64,000 bases of DNA from Eledone cirrhosa (Eukaryota): assembly GCA_964016885.1 (NCBI GenBank), contig OZ024744.1:119846001-119910000 (forward strand), written 5' to 3'. The notes beneath the pieces were generated by a model. It did no database searches, was not told the DNA's origin, and was given only the letters and a program-made list of their open reading frames with translations. This document shows, piece after piece, positions 1 through 14,500 of this stretch. The stretch's first letter is position 1. Each line of letters opens with the position of its first letter. A program made the translations under genes and the position numbers.

Positions 1-3000
1 AATTTAGAGATTCTTTCCTGAGATATTCTAACCACATGTCATAGTATCAGAGTTGTGATCTCTCAGTTCATAGATTCTTTCCTGAGACATTCTAACCACG
101 TCATAGTATATCAGAACTGTGATATCTCAATTCAGAGATTCTTTCCTGAGATATTCTAACCACATGTCATAATATCAGAGCTGTAATCTCTCAATTTAGA
201 TATTCTTTCCTGATATATTCTAACCTCATGTCATTGTATCAGAGCTGTGATCTCTCAATTCAGAGATTCTTTCTTGAGACATTCTAACCCCATGTCCACA
301 GTATCAGAGCTGTGAACTCTCAATTCAGAGATTCTTTCCTGAGACATTCTAACCACATGTCATATTATCAGAGCTGTGATCGATCAATTCAAAGATTCTT
401 TCCTGAGACATTCTAACCACATGTCACAGTATCAGAGTTGTGATCTCTCAATTCAGAGATTCTTTCCTCAGACATTCTAACCACATCTCATAGTATCGGA
501 GCTGTGATCTCTCAATTCAGAGATTCTTTCCTGAGACATTCTAACCACATGTCATAGTATCAGATCTGTGATCTCTCAATTCAGAGATTCTTTCCTGAGA
601 TATTCTAACCACATGTCATAGTATCAGAGCTGTTATCTCTCAATTCAGAGATTCTTTCCTGAGACATTCTAACCACATGTCATAGTATCAGAGCTGTGAT
701 CTCTTAATTTAGAGATTCTTTCATGAGATATTCTAACCACATGTCATAGTATCAGAGCTGTGATCTCTCAATTCAGAGATTCTTTCCTGAGACATTCTAA
801 CCACATGTCATAGTATCAGAACTGTGATCTCTCAATTCAGAGATTCTTTTCTTGGATATTCTAACCACATCTCATAGTATCAGAGCTGTGATCTCTCAAT
901 TCAGATATTCTTTCCTGAGACATTCTAACCACATGTCATAGGATCAGAGTTGTGATCTCTCAATTCAGAGATTCTTTCCTGAGATATTCTAAGCACATGT
1001 CATAGTATCAGAGCTGTGATCTCTCAATTCAGAGATTTTTTCCTGAGACATTCTAACCACATGTCATAATATTAGAGCAGTGATCTCTCAATTCAGAGAT
1101 TCTTTCCTGAGACATTCTTACCATATGTCATAGTATAAGAGCTGTGATCTCTCAATTTAGAGATTCTTTCCTGAGACATTCTAACCACATGTCATAGTAT
1201 CAGAGCTGTGATATCTCAATTGAGAGATTCTTTCCTGAGATATTTTAACCACATATCATAGTATCAGAGCTGTGAACTCTAAATTCAGAGATTCTTTCCT
1301 GGGACATTCTAACCACATGTCATAGTATCAGGGCTGTGATCTCTCAATTCAGAGATTCTTTCCTGAGACATTCTAACCACATGTCACAATATCAGAGCTG
1401 TGATCTCTCAATTCAGAGATTCTTTCCTCAGACATTCTAACCACATGTCATAGTATCAGATCTGTGATCTCTCAATTCAGAGATTCTTTCCTGGGATATT
1501 CTAACCACATGTCATAGTATCAGATCTGAGATCTCTCAATTCAGAGATTCTTTCCTGAGACATTCTAACCACATCTCATATTATCAGAGCTGTGATCTCT
1601 CAATTCAGAGAATCTTTCCTGAGATATTCTAACCACATGTCATAGTGTCAGAGCTGTGATCTCTCAATTCAGAGATTCTTTCCTGAGACATTCTAACCAC
1701 ATGTCATAGTATTAGAGCTGTGATCTCTCAATTCAGAGATTCTTTCCTGAAAAATTCTAAACTTATGTCTGTAGTATCAGAGCTGTGATCTCTCAATTCA
1801 GAGGTTCTTTCCTGAGACATCCTAACTCCATGTCCACAGTATCAGAGCTGTGATCTCTCAATTCAGAGGTTCTTTCCTGAGACATCCTAACTCCATGTCC
1901 ACATTATCAGAGCTGTGATCTCTTAATTCAGAGATTCTTTCCTGGGATATTCTAACCACACGTCATAGTATCATAGCTGTGATCTCTCAATTCAGATATT
2001 CTTTCCTGAGTCATTCTAACCACATGTCATATGATCAGAGTTGAGAACTCTCAAATCAGAGATTCTTTCCTGAGATATTCTAACCACATGTCATAATATC
2101 AGAGCTGTGATCTCTCAATTCAGATATTCTTTCCTGAGACATTCTAACCACATGTTATATTATCAGAGTTGTGATCTCTCAATTCAGAGATTCTTTCTGG
2201 AGATATTCTAACCACATGTCATAGTATCAGAGCTGTGATCTCTCAATTCAGAGATTCTTTCCTGAGACATTCTTACCACATCTCATAGTATCAGAGCTGT
2301 GATCTCTCAATTTAGAGATTCATTCCTGAGACATTCTACCACATGTCATAGTATCAGAACTGTGATCTCTCAATTCAGGGATTCTATCCTGAGACATTCT
2401 AACCACATGTCATAGTATCAGAGCTGTGATCTCTCAATTTAGAGATTCTTTCATGAGATATTCTAACCACATGTCATAGTATCAGAGCTGTGATCTCTCA
2501 GTTCAGAGATTCTTTCCTGAGACATTCTGACCACGTCATAGTATATCAGAACTGTGATATCTCAATTCAGAGATTCTTTCCTGAGACATTCTAACCACAT
2601 GTCATATTATCAGAGCTGTGATCTCTCAATTCAAAGATTCTTTCCTGAGACATTCTAACCACATGTCACAGTATCAGAGCTGTGATCTCTCAATTCAGAA
2701 ATTCTTTCCTCAGACATTCTAACCACATCTCATATTATCGGAGCTGTGATCTCTCAATTCAGAGATTCTTTCCTGAGACATTCTAACCACATGTCATAGT
2801 ATCAGATCTGTGATCTCTCAATTCAGAGATTCTTTCCTGAGATATTCTAACCACATGTCATAGTATCAGAGCTGTCATCTCTCAATTCAGAGATTCTTTC
2901 CTGAGACATTCTAACTACGTGTCGTAGTATCAGAGCTGTGATCTCTTAATTTAGAGATTCTTTCATGAGATATTCTAACCACATGTTATAGTATCAGAAC

Positions 3001-3544
3001 TGTGATCTCTCAATTCAGAGATTCTTTTCTTGGATATTCTAACCACATGTCATAGTATCAGAGCTGTGATCTCTCAATTCAGATATTCTTTCCTGAGACA
3101 TTCTAACCATATGTCATAGGATCAGAGTTGTGATCTCTCAATTCAGAGATTCTTTCCTGAGATATTCTAAACACATGTCATAGTATCAGAGCTGTGATCT
3201 CTCAATTCAGAGATTTTTTCCTGAGACACTCTAACCACATGTAATAGTATTAGAGCTGTGATCTCTCAATTCAGAAATTCTTTCCTGAGACATTCTTACC
3301 ATATGTCATAGTATAAGAGCTGTGATCTCTCAATTTAGAGATTCTTTCCTGAGACATTCTAACCACATGTCATAGTATCAGAGCTGTGATACTTCAAATG
3401 AGAGATTCTTTCCTGAGATATTTTAACCACATGTCATAGTATCAGAGCTGTGAACTCTAAATTCAGAGATTCTTTCCTGGAACATTCTAACCACATGTCA
3501 TAGTATCAGGGCTGTGATCTCTCAATTCAGAGATTCTTTCCTGA

Positions 3545-6500
3545 GACATTCTAACCACATGTCACAATATCAGAGCTGTGATCTCTCAATTCAGAGATTC
3601 TTTCCTCAGACATTCTAAGCACATGTCATAATATCAGAGCTGTGATCTCTCAATTCAGAGATTCTTTCCTGAGACATTCTAACCACATGTCATAGTATCA
3701 GACCTGTGATCTCTCAATTCAGAGATTCTTTCCTGGGATATTCTTAGCACATGTCATATTATCAGATCTGTGATCTCTTAATTCAGAGATTCTTTCCTGA
3801 GACATTCTAACCACATCTCATAATATCAGAGCTGTGATCTCTCAATTCAGAGATTCTATCCTGAGATATTCTAACCACATGTCATAGTATCAGATCTGTG
3901 ATATCTCAATTCAGAGATTCTTTCCTGAGATATTCTAACCACATGTCATAGTATCAGAGCTGTGATCTCTCAATTCAGAGATTCTTTCCTGAGACATTCT
4001 AACCACATGTCATAGTATTAGAGCTGTGATCTCTCAATTCCAAGATTCTTTCCTGAGAAATTCTAAACTTATGTCTGTAGTATCAGAGCTGTGATCTCTC
4101 AATTCAGAGGTTCTTTCCTGAGACATCATAACTCCATGTCCACAGTATCAGAGCTGTGATCTCTCAATTCAGAGATTCTTTCCTGAGACATTCTAACCAC
4201 ATGTATCAGAGATATTCTTAATAGCGATCTCTCAATTCAGAGATTCTTTCCTGAGACATTCTAACTCCATGTCCACAGTATCAGAGCTGTGATCTCTCAA
4301 TTTAGAGATTCTTTCCTGAGATATTCTAACCACATGTCATAGTATCAGAGCTGTGACCTCTCAATTCAGAGATTCTTTCCTGAGACATTCTAACCACATG
4401 TCTGTAGTATCAGAGCTGTATGCTCTCAATTCAGAGATTCTTTCCTGAGACATTCTAACCACATGTCATAGTATCGGAGCTGTTATCTCTCAATTCAGAG
4501 ATTCTTTCCTGAGACATTCTAACGACATGTCATAGTAGCAGAGCTGTGATATCTCAATTCAGAGATTCTTTCCTGAGATATTCTAACCGCATGTCATAGT
4601 ATCAGAGCTGTGATCTCTCAATTCAGATATTCTTTGCTGAGACATTCTAGCCACATGTCATAGGATCAGAGTTGTGATCTCTCAATTCAGAGATTATTTC
4701 CTGAGACATTCTAACGACATGTCATAGTATCAGAGCTGTGATCTCCCAATTCAGAGATTCTTTCCTGAGATATTCTAGCCACATGTCTGTAGTATCAGAG
4801 CTGTGATCTCTCAATTCAGAGATTCTTTACTGAGATATTGTAACCACATGTCATAGTATCAGAGCTGTGATCTCTCAATTCAGTGATTCTTTCCTGCGAT
4901 ATTCTAACCACATGTCAGAGTATCAGAGCTGTGATCTCTCAATTCAGATATTCTTTCCTGAGACATTCTAACCACATGTCATATGATCAGATTTGAGATC
5001 TCTCAATTCAGAGATTCTTTCCTGAGATATTCTAACCACATGTCATAGTATCAGAGCTGTGATCTCTCAATTCAGAGATTCTTTCCTGAGATATTCTAAC
5101 CACATGTCATAGTATCAGAGCTGTGATCTCTCAATTCAGATATTCTTTCCTGAGACATTCTAACCACATGTTATATTATCAGATTTGTGATCTCTCAATT
5201 CAGAGATTCTTTCCTGAGATATTCTAACCACATGTCATAGTATCAGAGCTGTGATCTCTCAATTCAGAGATTCTTTCCTGAGACATTCTTACCACATCTC
5301 ATAGTATCAGAGCTGTGATCTCTCAATTTAGAGATTCTTTCCTCAGACATTCTAACCACATGTCATAGTATCAGAGCTGTGATCTCTCAATTTAGAGATT
5401 CTTTCATGAGATATTCTAACCTCATGTCATATTATCAGAGCTGTGATCTCTCAGTTCAGAGATTCTTTCCTGAGACATTCTAGCCACGTCATAGTATCAG
5501 AGCTGTGATATCTCAATTCAGAGATTCTTTCCTGAGACATTCTAACCACATCTCATAATATCAGAGCCGTGATCTCTCAATTCAGAGATTCTTTCCTGAG
5601 ATATTCTAACAACATGTCATAGTATCAGAGCTGTGATATCTCAATTCAGAGATTCTTTCCTGAGATATTCTAACCACATGTCATAGTATCAGAGCTGTGA
5701 TCTCTCAATTCAGAGATTCTTTCCTGAGATATTCTAACCACATGTCATAGTATCAGAGCTGTGATCTCTCAATTCAGATATTCTTTCCTGAGACATTCTA
5801 ACCACATGTTATATTATCAGATTTGTGATCTCTCAATTCAGAGATTCTTTCCTGAGATATTCTAACCACATGTCATAGTATCAGAGCTGTGATCTCTCAA
5901 TTCAGAGATTCTTTCCTGAGACATTCTTACCACATCTCATAGTATCAGAGCTGTGATCTCTCAATTTAGAGATTCTTTCCTCAGACATTCTAACCACATG
6001 TCATAGTATCAGAGCTGTGATCTCTCAATTTAGAGATTCTTTCATGAGATATTCTAACCTCATGTCATATTATCAGAGCTGTGATCTCTCAGTTCAGAGA
6101 TTCTTTCCTGAGACATTCTAGCCACGTCATAGTATCAGAGCTGTGATATCTCAATTCAGAGATTCTTTCCTTAGACATTCTAACCACATCTCATAATATC
6201 AGAGCCGTGATCTCTCAATTCAGAGATTCTTTCCTGAGATATTCTAACAACATGTCATAGTATCAGAGCTGTGATATCTCAATTCAGAGATTCTTTCCTG
6301 AGATATTCTAACCACATGTCATAGTATCAGAGCTGTGATCTCTTAATTTAGAGATACTTTCATGAGATATTCTAACCACATGTCATAGTATTAGAGCTGT
6401 GATCTCTCAATTTCAAGATTCTTTCCTGAGAAATTCTAAACTTATGTCTGTAGTATCAGAGCTGTGATCTCTCAATTCAGAGGTTCTTTCCTGAGACATC

Positions 6501-9180
6501 CTAACTCCATGTCCACAGTATCAGAGCTGTGATCTCTCAATTCAGAGATTCTTTTCTGAGACATTCTAATTCCATGTCCACAGTATCAGAGCTGTGATCT
6601 CTCAATTTAGAGATTCTTTCCTGAGATATTCTAACCACATGTCATAGTATCAGAGCGGTGATCTCTCAATTCAGAGATTCTTTCCTGAGACATTCTAACC
6701 ACATGTCTGTTGTATCAGAGCTGTATGCTCTCAATTCAGAGATTCTTTCCTGAGACATTCTAACCACATGTCATAGTATCGGAGCTGTTATCTCTCAATT
6801 CAGAGATTCTTTCCTGAGATATTGTAACCACATGTCATAGTATCAGAGCTGTGATCTCTCAATTCAGTGATTCTTTCCTGCGATATTCTAACCACATGTC
6901 AGAGTATCAGAGCTGTGATCTCTCAATTCAGATATTCTTTCCTGAGACATTCTAACCACATGTCATATGATCAGATTTGAGATCTCTCAATTCAGAGATT
7001 CTTTCCTGAGACATTCTAACCACATGTCACAATATCAGAGCTGTGATCTCTCAATTCAGAGATTCTTTCCTCAGACATTCTAAGCACATGTCATAATATC
7101 AGAGCTGTGATCTCTCAATTCAGAGATTCTATGCTGAGACATTCTAACCACATGTCATAGTATCAGATCTGTGATCTCTCAATTCAGAGATTCTTTCCTG
7201 GGATATTCTTAGCACATGTCATATTATCAGATCTGTGATCTCTTAATTCAGAGATTCTTTCCTGAGACATTCTAACCACATCTCATAATATCAGAGCTGT
7301 GATCTCTCAATTCAGAGATTCTATCCTGAGATATTCTAACCACATGTCATAGTATCAGAGCTGTGATATCTCAATTCAGAGATTCTTTCCTGAGATATTC
7401 TAACCACATGTCATAGTATCAGAGCTGTGATCTCTCAATTCAGAGATTCTTTCCTGGGACATTCTAACCACATGTAATGGTATTAGAGCTGTGATCTCTC
7501 AATTCCAAGATTCTTTCCTGAGAAATTCTAAACTTATGTCTGTAGTATCAGAGCTGTGATCTCTCAATTCAGAGGTTCTTTCCTGAGACATCATAACTCC
7601 ATGTCCACAGTATCAGAGCTGTGATCTCTCAATTCAGAGATTCTTTCCTGAGACATTCTAACCACATGTATCAGAGATATTCTTAATAGTGATCTCTCAA
7701 TTCAGAGATTCTTTCCTGAGACATACTAACTCCATGTCCACAGTATCAGAGCTGTGATCTCTCAATTTAGAGATTCTTTCCTGAGATATTCTAACCACAT
7801 GTCATAGTATCAGAGCTGTGATCTCTCAATTCAGAGATTCTTTCGTGAGACATTCTAACCACATGTCTGTAGTATCAGAGCTGTATGCTCTCAATTCAGA
7901 GATTCTTTCCTGAGACATTCTAACCACATGTCATAGTATCGGAGCTGTTATCTCTCAATTCAGAGATTCTTTCCTGAGACATTCTAACGACATGTCATAG
8001 TAGCAGAGCTGTGATATCTCAATTCAGAGATTCTTTCCTGAGATATTCTAACCGCATGTCATAGTATCAGAGCTGTGATCTCTCAATTCAGATATTCTTT
8101 CCTGAGACATTCTAGCCACATGTCATAGGATCAGAGTTGTGATCTCTCAATTCAGAGATTATTTCCTGAGACATTCTAACCACATGTCATAGTATCAGAG
8201 CTGTGATCTCTCAATTCAGAGATTCTTTCCTGAGATATTCTAACCACATGTCTGTAGTATCAGAGCTGTGATCTCTCAATTCAGAGATTCTTTACTGAGA
8301 TATTGTAACCACATGTCATAGTATCAGAGCTGTGATCTCTCAATTCAGTGATTCTTTCCTGCGATATTCTAACCACATGTCAGAGTATCAGAGCTGTGAT
8401 CTCTCAATTCAGATATTCTTTCCTGAGACATTCTAACCACATGTCATATGATCAGATTTGAGATCTCTCAATTCAGAGATTCTTTCCTGAGATATTCTAA
8501 CCACATGTCATAGTATCAGAGCTGTGATCTCTCAATTCAGAGATTCTTTCCTGAGATATTCTAACCACATGTCATTGTATCAGAGCTGTGATCTCTCAAT
8601 TCAGATATTCTTTCCTGAGACATTCTAACCACATGTTATATTATCAGATTTGTGATCTCTCAATTCAGAGATTCTTTCCTGAGATATTCTAACCACATGT
8701 CATAGTATCAGAGCTGTGATCTCTCAATTCAGAGATTCTTTCCTGAGACATTCTTACCACATCTCATAGTATCAGAGCTGTGATCTCTCAATTTAGAGAT
8801 TCTTTCCTCAGACATTCTAACCACATGTCATAGTATCAGAGCTGTGATCTCTCAATTTAGAGATTCTTTCATGAGATATTCTAACCTCATGTCATATTAT
8901 CAGAGCTGTGATCTCTCAGTTCAGAGATTCTTTCCTGAGACATTCTAGCCACGTCATAGTATCAGAGCTGTGATATCTCAATTCAGAGATTCTTTCCTGA
9001 GACATTCTAACCACATCTCATAATATCAGAGCCGTGATCTCTCAATTCAGAGATTCTTTCCTGAGATATTCTAACCACATGTCATAGTATCAGAGCTGTG
9101 ATATCTCAATTCAGAGATTCTTTCCTGAGATATTCTAACCACATGTCATAGTATCAGAGCTGTGATCTCTTAATTTAGAG
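3545..9180 (+). repeat. Duplicated multi-monomer block, offset 3465 bp (about 3.55-5.7 kb repeated at about 7.0-9.2 kb)
   Basis: Markers recur 3465 bp apart: cacaat at 3563/7028 and the 68-bp variant atgtatcagagatattcttaatag at 4201/7666. The order of rare variants is the same (catcataactcc, aacgacatg, tagcagag, accgcatg, ctgcgat). Confidence 0.8.
5040..6340 (+). repeat. Tandem duplication of a 10-monomer unit (638 bp, 2 copies)
   Basis: gccacgtc at 5483/6121 and the ccg of gagccgtg at 5567/6205; aacaacatg is also duplicated. 638 = 10x64 - 2 (one 62-bp monomer). Confidence 0.85.
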
Positions 9181-10989
9181 ATACTTTCATGAGATATTCT
9201 AACCACATGTCATAGTATCAGAGCTGTGATCTCTCAATTCAGAGATTCTTTCCTGAGACATTCTAACCACATGTCATAGTATTAGAGCTGTGATCTCTCA
9301 ATTCCAAGATTCTTTCCTGAGAAATTCTAAACTTATGTCTGTAGTATCAGAGCTGTGATCTCTCAATTCAGAGGTTCTTTCCTGAGACATCCTAACTCCA
9401 TGTCCACAGTATCAGAGCTGTGATCTCTCAATTCAGAGATTCTTTCCTGAGACATTCTAATTCCATGTCCACAGTATCAGAGCTGTGATCTCTCAATTTA
9501 GAGATTCTTTCCTGAGATATTCTAACCACATGTCTGTTGTATCAGAGCTGTATGCTCTCAATTCAGAGATTCTTTCCTGAGACATTCTAACCACATGTCA
9601 TAGTATCGGAGCTGTTATCTCTCAATTCAGAGATTCTTTCCTGAGATATTGTAACCACATGTCATAGTATCAGAGCTGTGATCTCTCAATTCAGTGATTC
9701 TTTCCTGCGATATGCTAACCACATGTCAGAGTATCAGAGCTGTGATCTCTCAATTCAGATATTCTTTCCTGAGACATTCTAACCACATGTCATATGATCA
9801 GATTTGAGATCTCTCAATTCAGAGATTCTTTCCTGAGATATTCTAACCACATGTCATAGTATCAGAGCTGTGATCTCTCAATTCAGAGATTCTTTCCTGA
9901 GATATTCTAACCACATGTCATAGTATCAGAGCTGTGATCTCTCAATTCAGATATTCTTTCCTGAGACATTCTAACCACATGTTATATTATCAGAGTTGTG
10001 ATCTCTCAATTCAGAGATTCTTTCCTGAGATATTCTAACCACATGTCATAGTATCAGAGCTGTGATCTCTCAATTCAGAGATTCTTTCTCGAGACATTCT
10101 AACTCCATGTCCACAGTATCAGAGCTGTGAACTCTCAATTCAGAGATTCTTTCCTGAGACATTCTAACCACATGTCATATTATCAGAGCTGTGATCTCTC
10201 AATTCAAAGATTCTTTCCTGGGACATTCTAACCACATGTCACTGTATCAGAGCTGTGATCTCTCAATTCAGAGATTCTTTCCTCAGACATTCTAACCACA
10301 TCTCATATTATCGGAGCTGTGATCTCTCAATTCAGAGATTCTTTCCTGAGACATTCTAACCACATGTCATAGTATCAGATCTGTGATCTCTCAATTCAGA
10401 GATTCTTTCCTGAGATATTCTAACCACATGTCATAGTATCAGAGCTGTCATCTCTCAATTCAGAGATTATTTCCTGAGACATTCTAACCACATGTCATAG
10501 TATCAGAGCTGTGATCTCTTAATTTAGAGATTCTTTCATGAGATATTCTAACCACATGTCATAGTATCAGAGCTGTGATCTCTCAATTCAGAGATTCTTT
10601 CCTGAGACATTCTAACCACATGTCATAGTATCAGTGCTGTGATCTCTCAATTCAGAGATTCTTTCATGAGATATTCTAACCACATGTCATAGTATCAGAA
10701 CTGTGATCTCTCAATTCAGAGATTCTTTTCTTGGATATTCTAACCACATGTCATAGTATCAGAGCTGTGATCTCTCAATTCAGATATTCTTTCCTGAGAT
10801 ATTCTAACCACATGTCATAGTATCAGAGCTGTGATCTCTCAATGCAGAGATTTTTTCCTGAGACATTCTAACCACATGTCATAGTATTAGAGCTGTGATC
10901 TCTCAATTCAGAGATTCTTTACTGAGACATTCTTACCATATGTCATAGTATAAGAGCTGTGATCTCTCAATTTAGAGATTCTTTCCTGA

Positions 10990-11585
10990 GACATTCTAAC
11001 CACATGTCATAGTATCAGAGCTGTGATATCTCAATTGAGAGATTCTTTCCTGAGATATTTTAACCACATGTCATAGTATCAGAGCTGTGAACTCTAAATT
11101 CAGAGATTCTTTCCTGGGACATTCTAACCACATGTCATAGTATCAGGGCTGTGATCTCTCAATTCAGAGATTCTTTCCTGAGACATTCTAACCACATGTC
11201 ACAATATCAGAGCTGTGATCTCTCAATTCAGAGATTCTTTCCTCAGACATTCTAAGCACATGTCATAATATCAGAGCTGTGATCTCTCAATTCAGAGATT
11301 CTTTCCTGAGACATTCTAACCACATGTCATAGTATCAGAGCTGTGATATATCAATTGAGAGATTCAATCCTGAGATATTTTAACCACATGTCATAGTATC
11401 AGAGCTGTGAACTCTAAATTCAGAGATTCTTTCCTGGGACATTCTAACCACATGTCATAGTATCAGGGCTGTGATCTCTCAATTCAGAGATTCTTTCCTG
11501 AGACATTCTAACCACATGTCACAATATCAGAGCTGTGATCTCTCAATTCAGAGATTCTTTCCTCAGACATTCTAAGCACATGTCA
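10990..11585 (+). repeat. Tandem duplication of a 5-monomer unit (320 bp)
   Basis: tcaattgaga at 11031/11351, each followed by gaactctaaattc, cagggctg, gtcacaatatc and cctcagacattctaagc. Confidence 0.8.
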
Positions 11586-14500
11586 TAGTATCAGAACTCT
11601 GATCTATCAATTCAGAGATTCTATGCTGAGACAGTCTAACCACATGTCATAGTATCAGAGCTGTGATCTCTCAATTTAGAGATTCTTTCATGAGATATTC
11701 TAAACTCATGTCATATTATCAGAGCTGTGATCTCTCAGTTCAGAGATTCTTTCCTGAGACATTCTAACCACATGTCATAGTATCAGAGCTGTGATCTCTC
11801 AATTCAGAGATTCTTTCCTGAGACATTCTTACCACATCTCATAGTATCAGAGCTGTGATCTCTCAATTTAGAGATTCTTTCCTCAGACATTCTAACCACA
11901 TGTCATAGTATCAGAACTCTGATCTCTCAATTCAGAGATTCTATGCTGAGACATTCTAACCACATGTCATAGTATCAGAGCTGTGATCTCTCAATTTAGA
12001 GATTCTTTCATGAGATATTCTAACCTCATGTCATATTATCAGAGCTGTGATCTCTCAGTTCAGAGATTCTTTCCTGAGACATTGTAACCACATGTCATAG
12101 TATTAGAGCTGTGATCTCTCAATTCCAAGATTCTTTCCTGAGAAATTCTAAATTTATGTCTGTAGTATCAGAGCTGTGATCTCTCAATTCAGAGGTTCTT
12201 TCCTGAGACATCCTAACTCCATCTCCACAGTATCAGAGCTGTGATCTCTCAATTCAGAGATTCTTTCCTGAGACATTCTAATTCCATGTCCACAGTATCA
12301 GAGCTGTGATCTCTCAATTTAGAGATTCTTTCCTGAGATAATCTAACCACATGTCATAGTATCAGAGCTGTGATATCTCAATTCAGAGATTCTTTCCTGA
12401 GACGTTCTAACCACATGTCATAGTATCAGAGCTGTGATCTCTTAATTTAGAGATACTTTCATGAGATATTCTAACCACATGTCATAGTATCAGAGCTGTG
12501 ATCTCTCAATTCAGAGATTCTTTCCTGAGACATTCTAACCACATGTCATAGTATTAGAGCTGTGATCTCTCAATTCCAAGATTCTTTCCTGAGAAATTCT
12601 AAACTTATGTCTGTAGTATCAGAGCTGTGATCTCTCAATTCAGAGGTTCTTTCCTGAGACATCCTAATTCCATCTCCACAGTATCAGAGCTGTGATCTCT
12701 CAATTCAGAGATTCTTTCCTGAGACATTCTAATTCCATGTCCACAGTATCAGAGCTGTGATCTCTTAATTTAGAGATTCTTTCCTGAGATATTCTAACCA
12801 CATGTCATAGTATCAGAGCTGTGATCTCTCAATTCAGAGATTCTTTCCTGAGACATTCTAACCACATGTCTGTTGTATCAGAGCTGTATGCTCTCAATTC
12901 AGAGATTCTTTCCTGAGACATTCTAACCACATGTCATAGTATCGGAGCTGTTATCTCTCAATTCAGAGATTCTTTCCTGAGATATTCTAACCGCATGTCA
13001 TAGTGTCAGCGCTGTGATCTCTCAATTCAGAGATTCTTTCTTGAGACATTCTAACTCCATGTCCACAGTATCAGAGCTGTGAACTCTCAATTCAGAGATT
13101 CTTTCCTGAGACATTCTAACCACATGTCATATTATTAGAGCTGTGATCTCTCAATTCAAAGATTCTTTCCTGAGACATTCTAACCACATGTCACAGTATC
13201 AGAGCTGTGATCTCTCAATTCAGAGATTCTTTCCTCAGACATTCTAACCACATCTCATATTATCGGAGCTGTGATCTCTCAATTCAGAGATTCTTTCCTG
13301 AGACATTCTAACTCCATGTCATAGTATCAGATCTGTGATATCTCAATTCAGAGATTCTTTCCTGAGATATTCTAACCACATATCATAGTATCAGAGCTGT
13401 CATCTCTCAATTCAGAGATTCTTTCCTGAGACATTCTAACCACATGTCATAGTATCAGAGCTGTGATCTCTTAATTTAGAGATTCTTTCATGAGATATTC
13501 TAACCACATGTCATAGTATCAGAGCTGTGATCTCTCAATTCAGAGATTCTTTCCTGAGACATTCTAACCACATGTCATAGTATCAGTGCTGTGATCTCTC
13601 AATTCAGAGATTCTTTCATGAGATATTCTAACCACATGTCATAGTATCAGAACTGTGATCTCTCAATTCAGAGATTCTTTTCTTGGATATTCTAACCACA
13701 TGTCATAGTATCAGAGCTGTGATCTCTCAATTCAGATATTCTTTCCTGAGACATTCTAACCACATGTCATAGGATCAGAGTTGTGATCTCTCAATTCAGA
13801 GATTCTTTCCTGAGATATTCTAACCACATGTCATAGTATCAGAGCTGTGATCTCTCAATTCAGAGATTTTTTCCTGAGACATTCTAACCACATGTCATAG
13901 TATAGAGCTGTGATCTCTCAATTCAGAGATTCTTTACTGAGACATTCTTACCATATGTCATAGTATAAGAGCTGTGATCTCTCAATTTAGAGATTCTTTC
14001 CTGAGACATTCTAACCACATGTCATAGTATCAGAGCTGTGATATCTCAATTGAGAGATTCTTTCCTGAGATATTTTAACCACATGTCATAGTATCAGAGC
14101 TGTGAACTCTAAATTCAGAGATTCTTTCCTGGGACATTCTAACCACATGTCATAGTATCAGGGCTGTGATCTCTCAATTCAGAGATTCTTTCCTGAGACA
14201 TTCTAACCACATGTCACAATATCAGAGCTGTGATCTCTCAATTCAGAGATTCTTTCCTGAGACATTCTAACCACATGTCATAGTATCAGATCTGTGATCT
14301 CTCAATTCAGAGATTCTTTCCTGGGATATTCTTAGCACATGTCATATTATCAGATCTGTGATCTCTCAATTCAGAGATTCTTTCCTGAGACATTCTAACC
14401 ACATCTCATAATATCAGAGCTGTATCTCTCACTTCAGAGATTCTTTCCTGAGATATTCTAACCACATGTCATAGTATCAGAGCTGTGATATCTCAATTCA

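Noticed and set aside
520-547. Internal sub-repeat origin of the monomer (gaga-ttctttcc vs gagacattctaacc; tcagag twice)
   Set aside because: The similarity is short and low-complexity, and no consistent sub-period covers the whole monomer, so it is not supportable without statistics.
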